From: Isorropodon fossajaponicum endosymbiont JTNG4
GTDB taxonomy: Bacteria > Pseudomonadota > Gammaproteobacteria > PS1 > Pseudothioglobaceae
Direction of reading: 5' to 3'
Length of the DNA stretch: 32,000 nt
Assembly: GCF_016592615.1 (NCBI RefSeq)
Contig: NZ_AP013043.1
Location: 270,001 to 302,000 of the forward strand
Shown: one piece after another, positions 7,791-16,375 of the stretch
How positions within the stretch are numbered: position 1 is the first letter of the stretch
Layout of the letters: each line of letters starts with the position of its first letter
Made by a program: the position numbers and the translations under genes
Notes under the pieces: generated by a model
Told to the model about the DNA's origin: nothing
Databases searched by the model: none
What the model saw: the letters and a program-made list of their open reading frames with translations, nothing else

Positions 7791-8202
7791 TGCAATAGTC
7801 TAATTTTATTGGACACAAAGATAGCCTTATAATACAAACCATAAGGAGGTCAGTAATGACACAATATAAATCAAGAAAACAACGAGTGACTTTTACCGTT
7901 GAACATTCTGTTCAATACCCCCTTGAGGGGGGGAACACTAGATTATGCCAAACTCATGGTGCATGAGAATTACACCAATAAAAAAAATCATGATAATATC
8001 AGGAGCTTGCTCCTCAGCAGTTAGCAGATGGAGAAAACAATACCTAGCAGAGCTTGGTGGACAAACACCAGAGTCAGGCAAAGCGCTGACTTCTGAACAA
8101 CAAACAATACAACTGCTTGAGAAACAACTTTGGCGCGCACAAAGGGACAATGAAATCTTAAAAAAGGCAACAGCCTTGTTCGCTGTGGACAATCACCAAG
8201 TG
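7791..8202 (+). mobile_element. IS-A copy 2: 5' 412 bp only (left terminus, SD, orfA), truncated internally
   Basis: 7811-8202 is essentially identical to copy 1 and copy 3 except for the G/A tract length. The terminal 30 nt tgcaatagtctaattttattggacacaaag differs at 6 positions from the copy 3 terminus. Identity to copy 1 stops after ...caccaagtg. Confidence 0.85.
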
Positions 8203-8204
8203 TC

Positions 8205-8288
8205 AGTATTGAAGATGGTTTATTGGCAATGCAAATTGCTGAAGCCTCCATGGCATCTCTTCAAAGTGGTAAAGTTGTTCATTTATAA
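8205..8288 (+). pseudogene. Last ~27 codons of a Gfo/Idh/MocA-type oxidoreductase (IolG-like by context)
   Basis: Translation SIEDGLLAMQIAEASMASLQSGKVVHL* resembles the typical C-terminal helix of this family. It is fused directly to the truncated IS-A copy 2. Confidence 0.4.
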
Positions 8289-8308
8289 TTAAATATAGGA
8301 TATATCTT

Positions 8309-9124
8309 ATGATTCCGCAGGATGTTAATGAATTAAATACTTTGTTGCAATCTAAATACGCCAAACTAAGTAAAAAAATGCAACTAATAGCTGTTTATAT
8401 TATTGACCAACCACAACAGCTTGCCACAAATACTTTGGCATCAATTGCTGATGATGTTGGTGTATACCCATCAACTTTGGTACGCTTTGCTCAGACTATA
8501 GGTTTTAGTGGTTTTGCACAATTACAAAAGCTTTTTAAAGTTCGAATTGCTCAAACTACAATTAATTATTCTCAACGTATTGTAGATGTTAAAAAAGTAA
8601 TTAAGAATGATATAAGTACGAGTACTACAAGTATATTTCACGATGTTATCGAACGAAATATTGGCACAATTAAGCTTTTGTCTGAGCAAATTGATCCGGC
8701 TCTGATAGACAAATCTGTAAAAATGATATATGGCGCTAGTGAAGTGCTTGTGTGTGGTACAAATAGGGCATGTCCTGTGGTAGTGTACTTTAACTATATG
8801 TTAAATAATTTAGGCATACGCTGCCGTATTGCTGACAATGCAAGTGTGGGTAGTCCTCCGCTAGATCATTGGTTTAGCGATAAGGCTGTGTTGATTGCTA
8901 TAACTTATAACCCTTATTCTTTCGTTACCACTCAAACGGTAAAAATAGCAAAACAATCAAAAACAAAAGTTATTCTTATTACAGACACAGAGCTTAATCC
9001 TATAGCCGATCTTGCGGATCATTTATTTATAGTGCATGAGGCAGAAATCCATACATTTAGGTCATTAAATGCAACACTATGTTTGGCACAAACAATGTGT
9101 GTATCAATTGGCTACAATCAATAA
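8309..9124 (+). CDS. MurR/RpiR-family transcriptional regulator (HTH_6 + SIS domain); IolR-like by context
   Basis: N-terminal HTH (...LASIADDVGVYPSTLVRFAQTIGFSGF...) and a C-terminal SIS-like region. It is a single open frame of 271 aa next to iol gene remnants. Confidence 0.75.
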   Translation: MIPQDVNELNTLLQSKYAKLSKKMQLIAVYIIDQPQQLATNTLASIADDVGVYPSTLVRFAQTIGFSGFAQLQKLFKVRIAQTTINYSQRIVDVKKVIKNDISTSTTSIFHDVIERNIGTIKLLSEQIDPALIDKSVKMIYGASEVLVCGTNRACPVVVYFNYMLNNLGIRCRIADNASVGSPPLDHWFSDKAVLIAITYNPYSFVTTQTVKIAKQSKTKVILITDTELNPIADLADHLFIVHEAEIHTFRSLNATLCLAQTMCVSIGYNQ

Positions 9125-9135
9125 AAACAAAAAAC

Positions 9136-9911
9136 ATGACACTATTATCACCACCTAATCTAACCTCAGATGGTTGCTATCAAAACATTACGCCAGAAGT
9201 AGCAAATTGGAAGTATGTTGGTTTTAAGGCCTATAAACTGGCTCCACAACAAAACCTAACATGGTGTTACTCAAATGTTGAACCATGGTTTGATAATTTT
9301 ATCAGGTAGAGCAGATGATGGTCAGACATATTATAATGTTGGCGATAGGATGAATGTTTTTGAAGACAAAAAACCTCACGCTGTATATGTGCCCAATGAA
9401 AGTCAAATATCAATCAAGGCTTTAACCACACTTGAGCTAGCTGTAGCAACTGCACCTGGTTTTGGGAATTATCCTGCCAGATGGATAAAACCAGAACACA
9501 TGTAGTCTGAAACCCGAGGACAAGACAGTAACACAAGGCATATTTGTAACATCTTGCCAGAACAAGACAAAGCAGACAGTTTATTATTGGTTGAAGTTAA
9601 AACACCTGCTGGAAATTGGTCTAGTTATCCGCCTCATAAGCATGACTGTGACAATCCGCCAATGAGTCTTATTTAGAAGAAATTTACTATCATCGGATTA
9701 ATCCCGCCCAAGGTTTTGTTTTTCAGCGGGTATACACTGATGATTTATCTGTTGATGAGAGGATAAATGTGTTGTTATGGTACCTTGTGGTTATCATCCT
9801 GTTGGCGTGCCTTATGGGTATGACTCTTATTATTTAAATGTAATGGCTGGGCTAAAGCGCCAATGGATTTTCAAAAACCATCCCGATCACGTGTGGATGT
9901 TGAAGTCATAA
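9136..9911 (+). pseudogene. iolB: 5-deoxy-glucuronate isomerase, disrupted
   Basis: Pieces in three frames match IolB: ...NILPEQDKADSLLLVEVKTPAGNWSSYPPHKHD..., ...ESYLEEIYYHRINPAQGFVFQRVYTDD..., ...VPCGYHPVGVPYGYDSYYLNVMAG...W.F.NHPDHVWM. There are at least three frameshifts (about 9300, 9660, 9765) and an in-frame TAG at 9503-9505. Confidence 0.8.
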
Positions 9912-11765
9912 TGAAAAAATTAGATATTATTTGTTTAGGACGTGCGGTAGTGGATTTGTACGGGCAACAAATTGGGTCTACCTTTAGAAGACATGAGTAG
10001 TTTTGCAAAGTATCTTTGGCGGTTCATCTGCAAATATTGCTTACGGTTGTGCTAAGCTTGGTCTTAAGTCTGCAATGCTTACTCGAATTGGCAAGTGTTG
10101 GGGTGGATGTTTCTCATGTTATCACTGATAAAGAGCGTTTAACAGTCTTGGCTATCTTAGGCATAGAAAATAAAGACACCTTTCCACTGATTTTTTACCG
10201 TCAAGATTGTGCGGATATGGCGCTAGATGAAAAAGATTTTACAGCTGAATTTATTACCAGCAGCCAAGTGCTTCTAATTACAGGGACGCATTTTTCAACA
10301 CAGAACACTTATCGTACCAGTATGAAAGCCATTGAGTATGCTAAAGCAGGTAAAACTAAGATGATTGTCGATATTGATTATCGTCCAGTGCTGTGGGGTC
10401 TTTGCTGGACTAGGTGATGGAGAATCTCGATTTGTGTCAAAGTGCTAGCGTCAGTCAGTCAACATATACAAACTATACTGCCTTATTGTGATGTTATTGT
10501 TGGTACTGAAGAAGAGATTTATATTGCCGGTGGTAGTGAAGACATAATTATCGCCCTAAAACAAATTCGAAAATTAAGTAGTGCTGTTATTATTTTAAAG
10601 TTAGGCGCTTTAGGCTGTACGATAATTGAAGATGATATTCCAAAAACCTTTAATAATTTTGAAATTATTAAAGGTGAAAAAGTCGAAATATTAAATGTGC
10701 TTGGTGCTGGCGATGCTTTTATGGCTGGATTTATGCGTGGTTATTTGAGAAAGGAGGTGCATAAAAAAAGTGCTATTTACGCAAATGCTTGTGGTGCATT
10801 AACGGTTTCTCGACATGGTTGCGCGCCAGCAATTCCAAGTGAAAGGGAATTGTTTTACTATTTAGACAACATACACAATATATCAAACCCAAGCCAAGAT
10901 GCTTAACCACTTACATAGAGTTAGCATGAGGAGCAATACACCAACAGAAGTTTGTGCATTAGCGTTTGATCACCGTAAACAACTTTATGATTTAGCAATT
11001 CAGTGTGGAGAAAATCCAAAAAAAATAACTAAATTAAAACAACTTTTAGTACAATCGGTTGAGTGTGCTATCGATAAAATCGATTTTCCAGAGGAAAATG
11101 TTGGTGTTTTGATTGATGATGCACTTTATTCTACTGCTGGCAAGTCATGGTGGATTGCAAGGCCAGTAGCATTGCCTGACTCACGTCCGTTAGAATTTGA
11201 AGGCGAAGGCCCAATTGGATTAAAGTTACAAACTTGACCATTGACACATATTGTTAATGTTTGGTGTTTTATCATCCAGATGATTCACTTGAATTAAGGC
11301 TTAAACAAGAGCGGCAGCTGAAAGAGTTATACTTGGCTTGTATTCACAGTGGGCACCAATTGTTATTAGAAGTAATTCTATCTGAAAAATCTGAAGATAA
11401 TATATTTACTATGTCCAAAGTATTAAAGAGGTTTTATCATCTTGGTATCAAGCCAGATTGGTGGAAATTGTCCCCGTTCCGTTGCAAAATAAATCTTGGC
11501 AATTGATTAGCGATATTTTATTGAGTCACGATCCGTACTGTCAAGGGGTGCTATTATTGGGATTATCGGCATCTATGAAAACCGTGAAAGAATCTTTTGC
11601 CATTGCTTCAAAACACGAGATTTGCAAAGGTTTTGCAATCAGTAGGACGCTTTTTACGAGCCAGCGAAACAGTGGATACAGCATAAAATAAGTGACCAAG
11701 AATTAATTGACTCTGTGTCTAACAATTACATAGAATTAATAAAAACTTGGAAAGAATACAAGTAG
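9911..11765 (+). pseudogene. iolC: Long-form 5-dehydro-2-deoxygluconokinase (PfkB kinase fused to a DUF2090-like C-terminal domain), disrupted
   Basis: Fragments ...GRAVVDLYGQQIGS..LEDMSSFAKYLGGSSANIAYGCAKLGLKSAMLTRIG..., ...GVDVSHVITDKERLT...FPLIFYRQDCADMAL...DIDYRPVLWGL..., ...GTEEE...VLGAGDAFMAGFMRG...YANACGALTVSRHGCAPAIP..., then ...LAFDHRKQ...WWIARPV..PDSRPLEF...VFYHPDD...PDWWKL...LLLGL.... They are spread over all three frames, with an apparent internal deletion after ...TRIG. Confidence 0.8.
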
Positions 11766-11774
11766 GTAGTCATA

Positions 11775-11936
11775 AATGAAGACAATTAGCTTGTTTAGGC
11801 AACACCTGCCCAAGCAGATAATTTATCAGAAAACCAAGTTAACAAGGCTATTGTTTTGCTGACCAATCGACCAAGAAGAAGTTTAAATTAGGTATTACTA
11901 ACCAACAAAAAGCTGCACTTGGAATTTGAACTTTAG
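11775..11936 (+). pseudogene. C-terminal remnant of an IS30-family transposase
   Basis: Degenerate translation NEDN.LV(R)QHLPK...DNLSENQVNKAIVLLTNRPRRSLN... matches the conserved IS30 tail (NENTNGLxRQYxPK...LNxRPRKxL). It has stops and frame changes. Confidence 0.55.
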
Positions 11937-12048
11937 GATTAATAAATAAAGCCTATTTTAATAATAAGTAGTGAAGTAGTGCTTTTTTATTACTGGAAGT
12001 GCGAATGCTAACGTATAATTTTGATAATTATTGATTGAACTATAATTA

Positions 12049-13272
12049 ATGGCATTAATTGTACAAAAATACGGTGGTACTTCAGTCGCTTCAGCTGAGC
12101 GTATTCAGGCGGTTGCACAAAAAATCAAAGCATTTAAAGAGATAGGTGACCAACTGGTGGTAAGTGTATCTGCCATGAGTGGTGAAACCAATCGAATGAC
12201 TGCACTTGCACAAACCATTCAAGACACACCCTCTCTAAGAGAAATGGATGTTTTATTAACGACTGGTGAGCAAGTGACGATTGCTTTGTTGACTATGGCA
12301 TTGCAACAGTTAGGTTGTGATGCGATTTCTTACACAGGTGCGCAAGTGCGTATTATGACTGACTCTGAGCATGGTAAAGCACGCATCAAGTCAATTGATG
12401 ATTATCGCATTCGCCAAAGCCTAGCTCAAGGCAAAGTTGTTGTTGTAGCAGGGTTTCAAGGTGTGGATGCAGATGGGCATATTACCACATTAGGTCGTGG
12501 TGGTTCTGATACTACTGCTGTGGCACTTGCAGCTGCACTTAAGGCTGATGAATGCCAAATCTATACTGATGTAGACGGTGTATTTACAACTGACCCACGT
12601 ATTGAACCCAATGCCAGAAAGATGGATGTTGTGAGTTATGAAGAGATGTTAGAGATGGCATCACTTGGCTCAAAAGTTTTGCAAATTCGTTCAGTGGAGT
12701 TTGCATCAAAATATAAAGTGCCATTAAGAGTATTGTCATCTTTGATTGACAATCCAGTAGGTACGTTAATTACTAGTGAGGAGAATATTGTGGAACAAGC
12801 CCTTATTTCAGGCATTGCTCATAATAAAGATGAGGCAAAATTAAGTTTAATCGGTGTGCCAGATGAGCCTGGTATCGCATTTAAAATTTTAAGCCCAATT
12901 AGCACTGCCAATATCGAAGTTGATATGATTGTGCAAAGTGTATCTGCACGCGAAGGCTTGACTAATTTTGCTTTTACTGTGCATAGAAATGACTTTAAAA
13001 CCGCTAGTAAAATCCTAGACCGTTTGTGTCAAGAATTAGGCGCAATGGCTGTCCAAAGTGATGACAAAGTGGCTAAGGTATCACTGGTGGGTATTGGTAT
13101 GCGCTCTCATGCGGGTATTGCCGCACAAATGTTTGAGGTATTGCATAATGAAGGTATTAATATTCAGATGATTTCAACCAGTGAGATTAAAATTTCAGTG
13201 GTGATTGATGAGAAGTATTTAGAATTAGCAGTGCGTTCATTACATACTGTGTTTGAATTGGATAAGGAATAA
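12049..13272 (+). CDS. lysC: Aspartate kinase
   Basis: [13 protein letters not shown]..., ...[16 protein letters not shown]..., and C-terminal ACT repeats. Confidence 0.9.
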   Translation: MALIVQKYGGTSVASAERIQAVAQKIKAFKEIGDQLVVSVSAMSGETNRMTALAQTIQDTPSLREMDVLLTTGEQVTIALLTMALQQLGCDAISYTGAQVRIMTDSEHGKARIKSIDDYRIRQSLAQGKVVVVAGFQGVDADGHITTLGRGGSDTTAVALAAALKADECQIYTDVDGVFTTDPRIEPNARKMDVVSYEEMLEMASLGSKVLQIRSVEFASKYKVPLRVLSSLIDNPVGTLITSEENIVEQALISGIAHNKDEAKLSLIGVPDEPGIAFKILSPISTANIEVDMIVQSVSAREGLTNFAFTVHRNDFKTASKILDRLCQELGAMAVQSDDKVAKVSLVGIGMRSHAGIAAQMFEVLHNEGINIQMISTSEIKISVVIDEKYLELAVRSLHTVFELDKE

Positions 13273-13274
13273 AA

Positions 13275-14210
13275 ATGCATACATTTGACGATAGAGATGG
13301 TTTAATTTGGTTTGATGGTGAGTGGGTAGATTGGCGTGAGGCTAAAGTCCATGTATTGACGCATACTCTGCATTATGGCATGGGTGTGTTTGAAGGGGTT
13401 CGTGCATACGAAACCAAAAAAGGACCCGCAATTTTCCGCCTTGAAGAGCATACCAATAGATTGTTTAATTCTGCCAAAATTATGAACATGAATATTGGAT
13501 TTTCCAAAGACGAACTTAACCAAGCCCAAAAGGATGCCGTTGTTAAAAATAATCTTGATAGCGCCTACATTCGTCCTATGTGCTTTTATGGTTCAGAAAG
13601 TATGGGGTTACGTGCTGATGGGCTTAAGGTGCATACCATTATTGCTGCTTGGGAATGGGGGTCGTATTTAGGTGAAGATAATATGAAAAATGGCATTCGC
13701 ATTCGTACTTCAAGTTATGCGCGCCATCATGTTAATATTGCTATGACTAAAGCCAAGGCTAATGGCAATTATATTAATTCAATGCTAGCCTTGCAAGAAG
13801 CTTTAACTGATGGTTATGATGAGGCATTAATGTTAGATGTTGATGGTTTTGTGGCTGAAGGCAGTGGTGAAAATATTTTTATTGTACGAGATGGTGTTAT
13901 TTACACGCCTGATTTGACCTCAGCACTAGAAGGTATTACCCGTGATACCGTATTCAAATTGGCAACTGATTTAGGCTATAAAGTGATTGAAAAACGCATC
14001 ACTCGTGATGAAGTGTGCATTGCAGATGAGGCATTTTTTACAGGTACAGCGGCAGAGATAACCCCTATTCGTGAACTTGATAATCGTACAATCGGTTTAG
14101 GTACACGCGGTCCAGTGACTGAGCAGTTACAAACCTTATATTTTGATTGTGTTTATGGTAGAAATGAGCAATACCAACACTGGATTGCCAATGAATTTAT
14201 CCGTAGATGA
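13275..14210 (+). CDS. ilvE: Branched-chain amino acid aminotransferase
   Basis: ...[13 protein letters not shown]..., ...[12 protein letters not shown]..., ...EGSGENIF..., ...[10 protein letters not shown].... Confidence 0.9.
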   Translation: MHTFDDRDGLIWFDGEWVDWREAKVHVLTHTLHYGMGVFEGVRAYETKKGPAIFRLEEHTNRLFNSAKIMNMNIGFSKDELNQAQKDAVVKNNLDSAYIRPMCFYGSESMGLRADGLKVHTIIAAWEWGSYLGEDNMKNGIRIRTSSYARHHVNIAMTKAKANGNYINSMLALQEALTDGYDEALMLDVDGFVAEGSGENIFIVRDGVIYTPDLTSALEGITRDTVFKLATDLGYKVIEKRITRDEVCIADEAFFTGTAAEITPIRELDNRTIGLGTRGPVTEQLQTLYFDCVYGRNEQYQHWIANEFIRR

Positions 14211-14225
14211 TTTTCAAAAAAACAT

Positions 14226-14383
14226 GTGAGTTTTAGTGTTGTGGAAGAAAAAAATTTGCCATTTCATTGTCCACCACCAGAGGCGCAAAAGTGGAATATG
14301 CACCCTAAAGTATTTTTAAAATTTGACAAAAAATGGTAAAGCATCTTGTCCATACCTGTAGTGCCAGTTACGAACTGGCATAG
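14226..14383 (+). pseudogene. Small zinc-finger (CHCC-type) protein gene with two 1-nt insertions
   Basis: The frame-corrected translation ...NLPFHCPPPEAQKWNMHPKVFLKFDKNGKASCPYCSASYELA* matches the small zinc-finger protein family, as I recall it (..HCP....WN.HPRV.L......CPYCG..Y.L). It needs corrections in the A6 run near 14330 and at tacCtgt near 14355. Confidence 0.55.
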
Positions 14384-14389
14384 ACTTTA

Positions 14390-14911
14390 ATGAGTAGCCA
14401 CTCACCAAATGTTGTTTTAGTTGGACCAATGGGCTCTGGTAAGACATCGGTTGGTCGCCGCTTAGCCTGCGTTCTTAAGCGTGATTTTTTTGATTCAGAC
14501 TTTGAAATAGTAGCACGCACAGGTGTGGCCATTGACCATATTTTTGATGTAGAGGGTGAACAGGGCTTCCGTAAACGTGAAACACAAATGTTGGCTGATT
14601 TATGTGAAATTAAAAATATTGTCATCGCTACTGGTGGCGGTATTGTTATTAATCCTAAAAATCGAGAAATGCTTAAGCGTGATAATTTTGTGGTGTATTT
14701 ATCTTCAACAATCGAACAATTGCTCAAATACACCATGAATTCTAAATCTAGACCACTACTTGAACAATCAAGCAATCGAGAAAAAACTATTCGTGATTTA
14801 GTATCAAAGCGCGAATCTTTATATCAAGAAGTGGCAGATGTAGTGATTGATACCACAGGTAAGAAGTTATACGCCATTATTAACGAAATTAAAAAAGTTA
14901 TTCCAACATGA
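14390..14911 (+). CDS. aroK: Shikimate kinase
   Basis: VLVGPMGSGKTSVGRRLA, ...ATGGG..., and a size of about 173 aa. Confidence 0.9.
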   Translation: MSSHSPNVVLVGPMGSGKTSVGRRLACVLKRDFFDSDFEIVARTGVAIDHIFDVEGEQGFRKRETQMLADLCEIKNIVIATGGGIVINPKNREMLKRDNFVVYLSSTIEQLLKYTMNSKSRPLLEQSSNREKTIRDLVSKRESLYQEVADVVIDTTGKKLYAIINEIKKVIPT

Positions 14912-16299
14912 AAAAAAACCTAACCACTGCATTGATTTTTGTCACTTGTCTTGATGTTCAAGCAATGACACAAAATGAATTTATTGAGCGCTTAAAAGAG
15001 ACGCATCCTTTTTTTACACAACTTGATTTGTCTGTAAAAATTAAACAACTTGATCAACAAGCAACCAAGGCCAATCAAGATTGGATTGTTGGCGTAAATA
15101 CTAATTTTAAGAGTGAAGATGCGAGCAATATTTCATCCATAACGACTTATAATGATTTAAACACCACCTCAATTGATTTTTCAGCAACTAAGAAAATAGT
15201 AAGTTCAGGCGCTGATATTACTCTCAAGCACAGTTGGAAAGATAAAAACAAGGCTACAACCGCCGGTTTAAATACCAATAGAAATAAATTTTCTATTGAT
15301 TATGTTCATCCACTATTGAAAAACGCAGGCGGTGTTAATGATCAGCTAAATACAGATTTATCTAATATTGATATACAAATATTTAGGCTTGATGCTATTG
15401 AGCAACAAGAGGTTTTTATGCTTGCTCAACTAAAGAAATTTATTGATTTAGCTTACGCTCAAGCGCGTTTAATGGTTAATAATCAACGGCTAAATTTAGC
15501 CACCCAAGAATTGACTTTGGTTAAACAAAAATTTACCATGTCAGTGGTTGATAAGGTTGATGTATTGTTACAAGAAGATGCTTATCAAAGCGCTAAACAG
15601 CAACAGCTTCAAACCCAGCAAGATTTAAATCTTTTGCGTCATGAAATAGCCATTACTTTAGATATTAGTTTTTCTGATGTTAAGGCTGAATTTGATTTAT
15701 ATCAGCGCTATATAACCAATGATGATAATCTTAAACAATACTTATTGGCGAATTCTAGAGTATTAAAAATGGCTGATTTAAGCCAAGACTTACTAAAACG
15801 TCAGCTAAAGAGTGACAAAAGCAATTCAAAAGTACAGCTTGACTTGAAGCTTGGTATTAGCAGTGAAGGTGAAGATAGTCGCTATATAGATTCTATTTCT
15901 AACCAAAGCTCATCATGGAATATTGGCTTGGATTTGAGCTATCCTCTTGGTGGCACGCAAGCCAAGTCGGCCATTGAAAAAACACAAATAAAACTTGCTA
16001 GAGCTAAAGAGCTAAAGCAAGAGCAATTATTAAACATCCATGCCAAGGCAAATGTATTAAAGCAAAAAATTCAGTATTTGGTGGAAATACTTGAATCCAA
16101 TAAAATGCAAATCAAAATTGCCAAGGCGCGCACCAAAGAGGAAAAACGAAGATACAACAACGCTAATTCTCAAGCAAGTTTTGTTATTTCGGCACAAAAC
16201 AATGAACAAAGTGCAAATCTTAACCACATTCAAGTGGCAAAAAATTATCAACAATCAGTGCTTGATTTTAAGGCGGCTATTGACCAATTATTGCCATGA
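14908..16299 (+). CDS. TolC-family outer-membrane efflux protein (OEP)
   Basis: N-terminal signal-like sequence. Two repeats have the OEP signature (...HPLLKNAGG...; ...LSYPLGGTQAKSAIEKTQ...) followed by long coiled-coil-like segments. The start overlaps the aroK stop (ATGA). Confidence 0.7.
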   Translation: MKKNLTTALIFVTCLDVQAMTQNEFIERLKETHPFFTQLDLSVKIKQLDQQATKANQDWIVGVNTNFKSEDASNISSITTYNDLNTTSIDFSATKKIVSSGADITLKHSWKDKNKATTAGLNTNRNKFSIDYVHPLLKNAGGVNDQLNTDLSNIDIQIFRLDAIEQQEVFMLAQLKKFIDLAYAQARLMVNNQRLNLATQELTLVKQKFTMSVVDKVDVLLQEDAYQSAKQQQLQTQQDLNLLRHEIAITLDISFSDVKAEFDLYQRYITNDDNLKQYLLANSRVLKMADLSQDLLKRQLKSDKSNSKVQLDLKLGISSEGEDSRYIDSISNQSSSWNIGLDLSYPLGGTQAKSAIEKTQIKLARAKELKQEQLLNIHAKANVLKQKIQYLVEILESNKMQIKIAKARTKEEKRRYNNANSQASFVISAQNNEQSANLNHIQVAKNYQQSVLDFKAAIDQLLP

Positions 16300-16375
16300 T
16301 GAATTTTGCTTTGGGTGATATAAATAACACCAGAATTTTATTTTTCAAAGCATTAAAAATAACGAAAAATGCCTT

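Noticed and set aside
7945-8292. 115-aa ORF that appears to extend IS-A orfA in copy 2
   Set aside because: It is a chimera: orfA reads through the truncation point at 8202 into the out-of-frame tail of the IolG-like remnant. It is not a real gene.
9079-11691. Eight medium ORFs in the track (9079-9309, 9275-9505, 10016-10417, 10442-10906, 10899-11237, 11261-11506, 11458-11691) as separate genes
   Set aside because: Read together across frames they are collinear pieces of IolB and long-form IolC. They are reported as two pseudogenes instead.
11937-12048. Lysine riboswitch (L-box) ahead of lysC
   Set aside because: The leader is only about 110 nt and AT-rich, with no extended conserved helices. 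A plausible promoter (ttactg at 11990-11995, tataat at 12014-12019) is all I can see.
14368-14775. 135-aa minus-strand ORF, and similar long antisense ORFs at 18012-18401, 19204-19512, 21450-21770, 24154-24375 and 24412-24762
   Set aside because: Each lies fully inside a confidently identified plus-strand gene (aroK, M61/ttcA-like, lpxL-like, iscS, hscA) and has no recognisable motifs. They are shadow ORFs.
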